Shown in pieces: positions 16,700-24,118 of a DNA stretch of 32,000 nt. Within the stretch, counting starts at the first letter, position 1. Every line of letters begins with the position of its first letter. The position numbers and the translations under genes were made by a program. A model generated the notes under the pieces. It saw nothing but the letters and a program-made list of their open reading frames with translations, made no database searches and had not been told where the DNA came from. This DNA comes from Desulfuromonadales bacterium (GTDB taxonomy: Bacteria; Desulfobacterota; Desulfuromonadia; Geobacterales; Pseudopelobacteraceae), in contig JBAXVG010000033.1 in the NCBI GenBank assembly GCA_037129255.1, positions 158 to 32,157 on the forward strand, read 5' to 3'.

Positions 16700-18841
16700 T
16701 CAAGCGAAACGATAAAAAGCAAACGCCAAAAGTTCCATTTCTCTGATTTCGAACAGAATTTTGAAGGGCAGGTGCATAATCATCCGTTTCTCTGCATCCG
16801 GCACAGATGAGAGTATCGTATCAACCTGCGCCTTCATACGCTTGATCTCGTTTGCAAGCGCCCTGGTGCCCCTGAAGGAACTCTGCAGGTAATAGTCCGC
16901 CTTATCCCACACAGTCTTGTTTCCGGCATTGCCGATATTTATGGTGTGCTCAAGCAGGGCGATGTTGCCGATCTTCCAGATCCAGTCATCATAGTTCTCG
17001 TTAGTCGATTTCAGCCAGGTATCCTTCAACTCCTGATAATTCACGGCGCTCTGGGCCAGGATATGCTCTCGCTGTATCATAATTCCATCGTCCTCATCGA
17101 TGTCGTAATCGAAAATCACGCCCAACTCCTGGTCTGTGTAGTCATACACCATACGATCATACTCGTAGAGGACGTATTTGTAGTTTCCATATCCCAGATC
17201 CCTGACCAGGTAATCCTTCTTATACCAAAATGAAAAATTGCGGACATGCTCAATAATTTCATCCACCACATTGCTTCCCCAGACAAAGCTGCCGACCGGA
17301 CGCTTCCCGATAGTCCAGATTGCAAGTTCATTTTCCTCAATCAGATTGAAGATCGTTGCCGGTCTGGAAGCAAACTGTCTGAATTCGTCGATCCGCACCA
17401 GACACATCATGTAGCGGTCTTTCAGGAATCCGAACAGCTCCTTGTACGGCCTGATCAGTTCGATATCTCGTGCAATGCCGGATTCTTGAATCAGAGAGAC
17501 GAGCTTGACGTTTGCCCCTTTGATCCGGTCGATATCTTCAAACAGGTTTATGGAGGCCAATTCTTCCTTTTTGGCAAAGGTCTGTCCCGGCTCCAACAGT
17601 GACTGTTCGATTAACGGAGTATTAGTGAAGATGTCAACCAGAAGAGCTTTACTAAATACCGATAGCCCCAGAACACTGAAGAGCTGTTTGAACGGATACC
17701 AGGTCTTGGAGGCGTACGGGTCTTTGTGGTTATGGGCCATTTCTCCCGGAACTGCTGTTTCGGCAACATACCTCATGAACACGATGATGTTCCGGAGCCT
17801 GTCAGTCAGGATGGGTATGATCAGTTTTATGTTATCTCTTTGCAGCACAAGTGTTTCGCGGAACACTTTGTTGATGGATTCGTAGATCCTGTCCTCGCCG
17901 GATTCATACCAGACATCTACCTTGCGGTCCTTGTCATCATCGCCGGTAATCAGATCGTTCAGGTACTTTCGGTAAAAGTCCTCTTTCAGCAGCATGAAAT
18001 TCAGTATCCGAATCACATCTGCTTCGGCACTCTCCGGTTTTGGATACACCTTAAGCGAACAGAGCAATTCAATTGTTTCAAACAGACCGCCAAAAAGGTT
18101 GTCGATCTCTCCTTCCAGGTCAATGTCCTTTTCGACCTTCTGAGCGTAGAACATCAGTGTGCTCTTGAGTTTTTCGGTGTTGGTCAGGCGCTTGCCACGA
18201 TCAGTCTGCGAAACGAACAGGGTTCCGGCCAGTTTTAGATCATCCTCGACCAGAATCTGAACGACTTGGATGTTACTCTGAACAAATCGCTTCAGATCAT
18301 CACGGCGTGGAAAATTCGCAAGGTGGCGTTGGAAATAGAGGTATGTCGCCTTTATGCGCCGATTGCTTTTGGTCTTTGCCTCAACCTCTTTGCCGTTGAC
18401 GAGATGCAGGAAATATTCGTAATCCACTTTGCCGGGGATCAGCTTGGGGATGGCAGCGTTGAAGAGGTGGGAGTTGATTTCGGCATCCTGGAAAGCAAGC
18501 AGGAAGAGGAAAAAGGTAGTGGTACGCTGCTGTCCATCGATAACAAAGTAGAAATCGTTGCAACCAGCGAGCGGCTTTAGCTGTTCATGGTTCAAAATGT
18601 CCTGATTGACATATTCGCCAAGCTGGTCATAGCCAACCTTGGCCAGATAGATGCTCCCCAGCAGATAGGGCAACTCTCCGGCCTCTGCGATGGCAAAGAC
18701 CATATCGTTCCAGAAGTCCTCGATATGTTTCTCTTCCCACGAATAAGGGCGCTGGTATTTCGGCATCAGGAAATAGCGGCATTCGCCGAACATTTCGGTG
18801 TAGTAGTTGGAGATTGAGACTTTGATTTTGCCGGGGGTCAT
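16700..18841 (-). CDS. GmrSD-like type IV restriction enzyme (N-terminal DUF262 ParB-like NTPase, C-terminal DUF1524 His-Me/HNH-like nuclease)
   Basis: DUF262 motifs are PKYQRPYSWEEKHIEDFWNDM and VIDGQQRTTTFFLFL. The C-terminal nuclease-like motifs are REHILAQS and IGNIALLEHTINIGNAGNK. 713 aa is a typical size for fused DUF262-DUF1524 proteins. Confidence 0.85.
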   Translation of the reverse strand: MTPGKIKVSISNYYTEMFGECRYFLMPKYQRPYSWEEKHIEDFWNDMVFAIAEAGELPYLLGSIYLAKVGYDQLGEYVNQDILNHEQLKPLAGCNDFYFVIDGQQRTTTFFLFLLAFQDAEINSHLFNAAIPKLIPGKVDYEYFLHLVNGKEVEAKTKSNRRIKATYLYFQRHLANFPRRDDLKRFVQSNIQVVQILVEDDLKLAGTLFVSQTDRGKRLTNTEKLKSTLMFYAQKVEKDIDLEGEIDNLFGGLFETIELLCSLKVYPKPESAEADVIRILNFMLLKEDFYRKYLNDLITGDDDKDRKVDVWYESGEDRIYESINKVFRETLVLQRDNIKLIIPILTDRLRNIIVFMRYVAETAVPGEMAHNHKDPYASKTWYPFKQLFSVLGLSVFSKALLVDIFTNTPLIEQSLLEPGQTFAKKEELASINLFEDIDRIKGANVKLVSLIQESGIARDIELIRPYKELFGFLKDRYMMCLVRIDEFRQFASRPATIFNLIEENELAIWTIGKRPVGSFVWGSNVVDEIIEHVRNFSFWYKKDYLVRDLGYGNYKYVLYEYDRMVYDYTDQELGVIFDYDIDEDDGIMIQREHILAQSAVNYQELKDTWLKSTNENYDDWIWKIGNIALLEHTINIGNAGNKTVWDKADYYLQSSFRGTRALANEIKRMKAQVDTILSSVPDAEKRMIMHLPFKILFEIREMELLAFAFYRFA

Positions 18842-18895
18842 AGCTGCTTCTCCAAAATCAGATACGGATTGATGCCATTCTTCCGAAACCGGTTA

Positions 18896-19306
18896 TTACA
18901 AGGATTCCATACCAAGTTTCTTTATAGCAGATTTGAACTTTTCGTCAAAAGTGATGATTATAGAATTTTTGATTGCCTTTCCTGTCGCTGCAATCAGCGT
19001 ATCACCAAAATCCGCAACCTTTGAAGGCCAAAATGAGAGCAGCACAGTAAAGTCGGTTTGCTGGCATAACTCTACCCCAGGCATGGTTATAAAATCGCGG
19101 AGCATTGCGTTAATCGTCTCTTTTGGAGTGCCATATACTTTGTCCATGACAAAAACAAATTCAGTCAATACGAACTGATGGCATACAAGAGTACATTTCA
19201 AACGGTATGCTGACTCAAAAAAAGAAGCGACAATTGCTTGCTGGGCCGGGTCTCTATCCGTGACAAAAGAGATAAGAGCGTTGGTATCAATGATGTACTT
19301 TTTCAC
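18896..19306 (-). CDS. vapC: PIN-domain ribonuclease toxin VapC
   Basis: 136 aa with acidic PIN residues in context (YIIDTNALI, VLTEFVFV, DFGDTLIAAT, IITFDEKF). The GTG start overlaps the upstream antitoxin stop (GTGA). Confidence 0.85.
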   Translation of the reverse strand: MKKYIIDTNALISFVTDRDPAQQAIVASFFESAYRLKCTLVCHQFVLTEFVFVMDKVYGTPKETINAMLRDFITMPGVELCQQTDFTVLLSFWPSKVADFGDTLIAATGKAIKNSIIITFDEKFKSAIKKLGMESL

Positions 19307-19536
19307 CGATACTTCTCCAGGCAGTTCTCTCTAGCCTGCTGAATATCGTCGGCAATATTTCCGGCCCCGGTTTTCACGCTTCCTTGATAACGGAGAAAAT
19401 CGTTATGAACCGGATGAACAACCGCCTTCCCATTTTCAACGATCCACTCCAGCGAGTCATTGATGGAAATACCAATTTGTTCTCTCACTGCTTTAGGAAT
19501 TGTGGTTTGATATTTTACCGTTACTGTTGAGTTCAT
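19303..19536 (-). CDS. vapB: AbrB/MazE/SpoVT-family antitoxin VapB
   Basis: MNSTVTVKYQTTIPKAVREQIGI... is the swapped-hairpin SpoVT/AbrB motif. The ATG at 19536 follows GGAGG (the ORF-track M1 is a TTG). Translationally coupled to vapC. Confidence 0.8.
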   Translation of the reverse strand: MNSTVTVKYQTTIPKAVREQIGISINDSLEWIVENGKAVVHPVHNDFLRYQGSVKTGAGNIADDIQQARENCLEKYR

Positions 19537-19555
19537 GGCATCCTCCAAAGGTAAA

Positions 19556-19599
19556 ATTCCTTACGTTTTGATGTTAACGTAAGGAATACGGTTTGTCAA
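19556..19599 (-). promoter_or_regulatory. vapBC promoter with overlapping 12-bp inverted-repeat operator
   Basis: Minus strand: TTGACA (19599-19594), 17 nt, TAACAT (19576-19571). A perfect inverted repeat ATTCCTTACGTT / AACGTAAGGAAT (19556-19567 and 19576-19587) spans the -10 element, the layout expected for antitoxin autoregulation. Confidence 0.5.
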
Positions 19600-19607
19600 G
19601 TGTGGCA

Positions 19608-19630
19608 GGGCGAACGGCGTTCGCCCCTAC
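19608..19630. repeat. REP element (palindrome GGGCGAACGGCGTTCGCCCC followed by CTAC)
   Basis: CAGGGCGAACGGCGTTCGCCCCTAC lies between the RAYT stop and the vapBC promoter. It belongs to the same family as the eight copies listed below. Confidence 0.8.
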
Positions 19631-19645
19631 GTTGACATCATTTTT

Positions 19646-20323
19646 TTACACAATATTATCCGGGTGCAATTTGTCTTCAATCCATCGTTGCGGGTTATAT
19701 GCAACATATTCGGCAATCCGGTTGTAATCGGCATCATTGCGGATAACGTGTTCATGATAATTGCGTTGCCATACTGGTACACCAGGGGAATTGCGGGTTT
19801 CGTTGATACGTTTGGTTACGGCGGATTTGAAACCCGACAACAACGCGCCGATCGATTTTTGTTGTGGTCCAGACATCTGGACGACCGGCATTTGGGCGAC
19901 CGGCCGGTCGCCCCTACGTTGTTTTTCGTCTATACGGGTATCATCCGTTATCAAAACAATTCCATGAAAATGATTCGGCATTACCACAAATTCCCCCAAT
20001 TCAATCTCAGCACGAATTTCCGCCGAATGAATCCATTCAGCAGCAACAATCCTACCCAAATCATTCACAATCATTTCCCGTAGGGGCGAACGGCGTTCGC
20101 CCATGTTTTCGCGTTCGCCCAAGTTTTCGCGTACGTTTTCGCCCAGATTTTCGCCAGACATTTCAACGATCTCCCCAAACAGACATTCCCTGTTGTAAGC
20201 GCATATCGTCACAAAATACGCCCCTACCTGGGAATAATCATATCCCTTTAGACGGATTGAACGGCGATGATGTATATCCGGATTGAATTTCATATCGATA
20301 CCCAACATGCAATTTCCTGCCAT
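19646..20323 (-). CDS. REP-associated tyrosine transposase (RAYT; IS200/IS605 Y1 HUH family)
   Basis: MKFNPDIHHRRSIRLKGYDYSQVGAYFVTICAYNRECLFG, the HUH motif PNHFHGIVLI, and the catalytic Tyr region VWQRNYHEHVIRNDADYNRIAEYVAYNPQRW. Two in-frame ATGs are present (20323 and 20293); family N-termini favour 20293. The gene is surrounded by, and contains, GTAG-palindrome REPs. Confidence 0.8.
   Translation of the reverse strand: MAGNCMLGIDMKFNPDIHHRRSIRLKGYDYSQVGAYFVTICAYNRECLFGEIVEMSGENLGENVRENLGERENMGERRSPLREMIVNDLGRIVAAEWIHSAEIRAEIELGEFVVMPNHFHGIVLITDDTRIDEKQRRGDRPVAQMPVVQMSGPQQKSIGALLSGFKSAVTKRINETRNSPGVPVWQRNYHEHVIRNDADYNRIAEYVAYNPQRWIEDKLHPDNIV
19894..19917. repeat. REP copy inside the RAYT coding sequence
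   Basis: GGGCGACCGGCCGGTCGCCCCTAC is read in frame on the minus strand as ...RRGDRPVAQ... Confidence 0.75.
20080..20102. repeat. REP copy inside the RAYT coding sequence
   Basis: GTAGGGGCGAACGGCGTTCGCCC is read in frame on the minus strand as ...MGERRSPLR... It is flanked at 20103-20155 by short GTTTTCGC(N)CCC half-site repeats that encode GENLGENVRENLGEREN. Confidence 0.75.
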
Positions 20324-20352
20324 GTTCCGAATTCATTGATATATCGTCACAC

Positions 20353-20464
20353 GTAGGGGCGACCGGTGGTCGCCCTGTTGTTGATGTTCGTCCTGATGCA
20401 TCCGTTCGCCAATGTTTTCACCCTGCGATGATATCCAAACAGGGCGAACGCCGTTCGCCCCTAC
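20353..20464. repeat. REPIN (inverted REP doublet) copy 1
   Basis: GTAGGGGCGACCGGTGGTCGCCCTG, about 65 nt, then CAGGGCGAACGCCGTTCGCCCCTAC. Two REPs sit in inverted orientation with terminal GTAG/CTAC. Confidence 0.8.
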
Positions 20465-20596
20465 GATGATGTTTCGGTGCTTGCCGTATTCTTCAACGAC
20501 AACCCCGCCGTGCGGATGGTGCCGGTCTGAATTTCATATCGATACCCAACATGCAATTTCCTGCCATGTTCCGAATCCATTGATATATCGTCACAC

Positions 20597-20709
20597 GTAG
20601 GGGCGACCGGTGGTCGCCCTGGTGTTGATGTTCGTCCTGATGCATCCGTTCGCCAATGTTTTCACCCTGCGATGATATTCAAAACAGGGCGAACGCCGTT
20701 CGCCCCTAC
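20597..20709. repeat. REPIN copy 2
   Basis: Same architecture as copy 1, one tandem-repeat period downstream. Confidence 0.8.
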
Positions 20710-20841
20710 GATGATGTTTCGGTGCTTGCCTTATTCTTCAACGACAACCCCGCCGTGCGGATGGTGCCGGTATGAATTTCATATCGATACCCAACATGCA
20801 ATTTCCTGCCATGTTCCGAATTCATTGATATATCGTCACAC

Positions 20842-20951
20842 GTAGGGGCGACCGGTGGTCGCCCTGGTGTTGCTGTTCGCCCTGATGCATCCGTTCGCCA
20901 ATGTTTTCACCCTGCGATGACAATCATACAGGGCGAATCATTCGCCCCTAC
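20842..20951. repeat. REPIN copy 3 (distal REP degenerate)
   Basis: GTAGGGGCGACCGGTGGTCGCCCTG ... CAGGGCGAATCATTCGCCCCTAC. The second palindrome is shortened. Confidence 0.75.
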
Positions 20952-21119
20952 AAACCATCCCTAATACCACGGTAATCGTCTAATAAAACGTTTCAAGGCT
21001 TTTCTGGTTCTGTACCTCGCCCTGAATTGAAATTAGTTAGCATTCTCAAAGAAATTGTCATCATATATGCGCTCCTTTTGTATTAAATAGATGAATGCTG
21101 TATCAGATACATATTGAAA

Positions 21120-24071
21120 TCAATCTTTTTGCGTATCAGGTACCAGCATGGCTATTATTTCAGGTACTATATCTGTTTTTATTATGCTTAACTTGTCTCT
21201 GAAAAACTTTTGCATAACTTCCTGAGCCTTTTCGTTAATTACTTTCTTGTCTCTTCCTCCTGTCAATCTTGCATTCCATTCGGCATACTTGTACCAAGGC
21301 CAAGTATTAGATTGTCTCCCATAGCACAAGTTTTTATTATCATTCATCTGCTTACGTAGTATTTCCTTTTCTTCAGTCGTCAATAATCCTATATCAATTA
21401 TTCCATAATAGAGATCATCAAAATTTGCTTGCCCTGCTTCAATAGCAATGGTCAGTGTTCCTGGATCATGGCCAGTTCTTTTCCATGTTTCTTTGAATAT
21501 CCGAATGCTAGCCCAGCGTTCCAGTGATTTTGCATTTGATGTGATTTTCCAGCCATCTTTCGCCGGAAAAATGTCCTCTATTGACTTTGTCAGACCATCA
21601 ATCAAGTTATTCATCCCGCCAATAAAATAAACTAAGTCATTGTGATCATTACATAGCGATGAGATGAGTGGTTCAATTCTATTGATGCTTTTGGCCATCT
21701 CATTCAGGTAGTTCTCAAAAGATGACATTGCATCTCCAGCTATAAGAAGCGTGTCAAAATTGCTGCCGCCAGTGATGCTGTGTTTTGGCAAGGTTGCACT
21801 CCAAAACCCGTAGCGATTTTTGGCGTCATGCCCTTGTCCAAAAGCAAACTCACAGGCACCGCACACCATACCAAGTTTATGTTCGAACTGTGGATCAATC
21901 TGCTCATTCTGTCGGAGCGAAATAATTAGACCGTCGAAACAAGGCTTGGTTGGTATGATTTGAAGCATGAGCGGTGGGAGGTCATCATCCTTGGCTCCAT
22001 TATTCCTCCAAGAAGATCGCCAGATTTTAATTGCCGCATTGGGTTCTAGTGACGTAGCTTCGTTAATAACGTTCCAATCATTTCCCAAAAAGCCGGATAG
22101 CAGAACTCCAGAGCTTTCGGTGAATTTTACAACTTCTTCTAGGTGCTTTTTTAGAACAATAAATTCTGGAATCAGTTTATCAACTTGCTGAACTACATAA
22201 TTTTCAAAGCGATCAAACCATAGAGCGACTGCCCCACCGTCAAAATCTACTGAAACTTGTTCTTCAGTTTGAATGTAGGATTTTCTCGCCGTAATGAATG
22301 CCTGGATGGTTTTAGTTTCAAAGTCAGGTGGATCAAGATTTTTGAATTCAATCGCCATTCTTCTTGGGTTGCATTTGAACGCTGCTACAGCATCAAAATT
22401 AGCCACTTTAAGCTTTAGATATATTTCTTTATATGTCCACGGATGATCTAAATTAAACGTGCTGAATATCGCTTTAAACCCGTAGGGCTCTGTTTTTTTA
22501 GCGATCTCAGCTGTAATAAGTCTGAGCCTGTTGTATATATACATACCATTAGAGCATTGCTGGGGTTCTGGTGGAAACAAATCAATAGATCTATTCTGTA
22601 ATTCAGGTATGTTATGACAAGCATGGTCCATATCGTTTTCAAGTGCCTCTATAAGCTTCCTAAAAAAATCGACACAATATTTTACAAATTCACTTCTTTT
22701 TCCTTGCCAATTCTGACTTCTACTAGAAAGTCCACTGTTCCTCCAAGGGGTTTCCAGAGCAGCACACCATACAACTTTATCTTCTTTGGGCCCAGATTGA
22801 CCTTTCACAAGACTGTCTGCCTTTTGGAAAATATTTTCTCCTAAATCGCCTAACTCATACCAAGGTTCATATTTCAAAATTTCAATGTGAAGTTCTTCCA
22901 GTAATCTGACGCGACTTTCCAAAGTAAATGAGAGGATACCTCTAGCTCTGCTATCTTCTTTATCAATAGTTAAGGGGTATTTAGGCACCCATGCTTCTTT
23001 GTAGATGTTTATTTTGCCAAAAAAATGTTTATAGTAAGGGTGATTGCTAGTGCCTTCGTATGAATTAAAGGCATCAAGCCGTTCACCCTCTGGTGCGCCA
23101 ACTTTCCATTCAGGAAACTCTGCTCGCAATTTTATAAAAAGTTCAGTAATGGTTTCAGAAAGAAATTGTCCATAAAGAGCCCATTCAATTAGGTCAGGCA
23201 TGGTCTTCTCAAAGAATGCAATAACATTATCCCCAAAAATTCCAAAAAACTTATCCTCGGGCCAATCACAACGACCGATAGCCAAATGAAACGCCGGTTC
23301 AAAAATTGTAATTTTTTCTCGACGATTTGAAGTTTGAAGTGATCTAGGAAAATTTCTTTTTTGTTCCTTCGAAAATTCGTTGAATGCCCTCTTTAAAGGA
23401 TCATCCATAACAGCACAATCTACAAAAACCGACATTGTCTGGTTGCTAATATTCAATTGACATTTTAAGTCAACACCTGTTGCCCCAAGACGGAAAGGAA
23501 AGAAAACTTCAATTATCCCTCCCCCACAATCTTTGGCTGAAAACATGGAGTTAATTCTGCTCAAATCATTGGAATATTTCTTGTTTAGCACATTGGCTAA
23601 AATCCTTGCTAATGCAAGGTATCCAGACCCAGATCTTTCTCCCTCAGAAGTTTCTTTTCCCAAATTTTGTAAGACCGCCTCGATTGATGCGTTGTAGCGA
23701 GACAATGGATCATTTTCAAGAGCATCGATCCACTGCTTGTTTGAAAGATGGTACTTGAATGCTCCTAATAATTCTGTTTCTTCAATCCGGATAGGTAGGA
23801 TGGTCATGCGCCGTCCGTTTGCTAAATCAACTTCTTTTTCAACTTCAGCAGAACTCATTGAATCTTTTGATACAAGCAATACCATTATTGATGCTTTCTC
23901 GATTCCATCACTAATAGCTGTTGCCCACCTGCCACCTGGTGGGATATCCCGTGGAGCCATCCAACACGAGACACCAGCCCCTTCAACTACGTTGCAAAAC
24001 AGTTGGGCAAGTTCTTTATTTTTTGTACAGTAACTTATGAAAACTTCCTTCTTAACATTTTCATCTGCCAT
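21120..24071 (-). CDS. TIR-domain protein with ~840-aa C-terminal region built from five tandem ~165-aa modules
   Basis: N-terminal TIR domain: KKEVFISYCTKNKELAQ...GVSCWMAPRDIPPGGRW...ASIMVLLVSKDSMSSAEVEKEVDLA...ILPIRIE. The Glu in the xxEV position (probably E80) sits where the catalytic Glu of NADase TIRs lies. The rest is unassigned. AGGGGGA RBS 4-5 nt before the ATG. AT-rich (two rows counted, 35% and 43% G+C). Confidence 0.85.
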   Translation of the reverse strand: MADENVKKEVFISYCTKNKELAQLFCNVVEGAGVSCWMAPRDIPPGGRWATAISDGIEKASIMVLLVSKDSMSSAEVEKEVDLANGRRMTILPIRIEETELLGAFKYHLSNKQWIDALENDPLSRYNASIEAVLQNLGKETSEGERSGSGYLALARILANVLNKKYSNDLSRINSMFSAKDCGGGIIEVFFPFRLGATGVDLKCQLNISNQTMSVFVDCAVMDDPLKRAFNEFSKEQKRNFPRSLQTSNRREKITIFEPAFHLAIGRCDWPEDKFFGIFGDNVIAFFEKTMPDLIEWALYGQFLSETITELFIKLRAEFPEWKVGAPEGERLDAFNSYEGTSNHPYYKHFFGKINIYKEAWVPKYPLTIDKEDSRARGILSFTLESRVRLLEELHIEILKYEPWYELGDLGENIFQKADSLVKGQSGPKEDKVVWCAALETPWRNSGLSSRSQNWQGKRSEFVKYCVDFFRKLIEALENDMDHACHNIPELQNRSIDLFPPEPQQCSNGMYIYNRLRLITAEIAKKTEPYGFKAIFSTFNLDHPWTYKEIYLKLKVANFDAVAAFKCNPRRMAIEFKNLDPPDFETKTIQAFITARKSYIQTEEQVSVDFDGGAVALWFDRFENYVVQQVDKLIPEFIVLKKHLEEVVKFTESSGVLLSGFLGNDWNVINEATSLEPNAAIKIWRSSWRNNGAKDDDLPPLMLQIIPTKPCFDGLIISLRQNEQIDPQFEHKLGMVCGACEFAFGQGHDAKNRYGFWSATLPKHSITGGSNFDTLLIAGDAMSSFENYLNEMAKSINRIEPLISSLCNDHNDLVYFIGGMNNLIDGLTKSIEDIFPAKDGWKITSNAKSLERWASIRIFKETWKRTGHDPGTLTIAIEAGQANFDDLYYGIIDIGLLTTEEKEILRKQMNDNKNLCYGRQSNTWPWYKYAEWNARLTGGRDKKVINEKAQEVMQKFFRDKLSIIKTDIVPEIIAMLVPDTQKD

Positions 24072-24118
24072 AATTCCCCCTGTATGAAATTATTTTCTCG
24101 CAAAACATCTGCGCACCG

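Larger units (their letters stand above)
20284..20951. repeat. tandem repeat, about 2.7 copies of a 244-245 bp unit
   Basis: Unit starts (TGAATTTCATATCGATACCCAACATGCAATTTCCTGCCATGTTCCGAAT...) are at 20284, 20528 and 20773, with only a handful of mismatches between copies. Each unit contains the first codons and upstream region of the RAYT gene plus one REPIN. Confidence 0.9.

Noticed and set aside
19664-20286. Two plus-strand ORFs (139 and 140 aa) antisense to the RAYT gene
   Set aside because: The RAYT frame carries the HUH and catalytic Tyr motifs. The antisense ORFs are artefacts helped by the palindromic REP inserts.
20412-20600. 62-aa plus-strand ORF within the REP tandem array
   Set aside because: It is merely a translation of repeat sequence (GRTPFAPT comes from the REP palindrome). 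No RBS, and it is duplicated with the repeat.
20284-20951. Repeat array considered as a possible CRISPR locus
   Set aside because: The period is 244-245 bp with the whole unit repeated and no unique spacers. The palindromes carry GTAG/CTAC ends and sit next to a RAYT, so this is REP/REPIN, not CRISPR.
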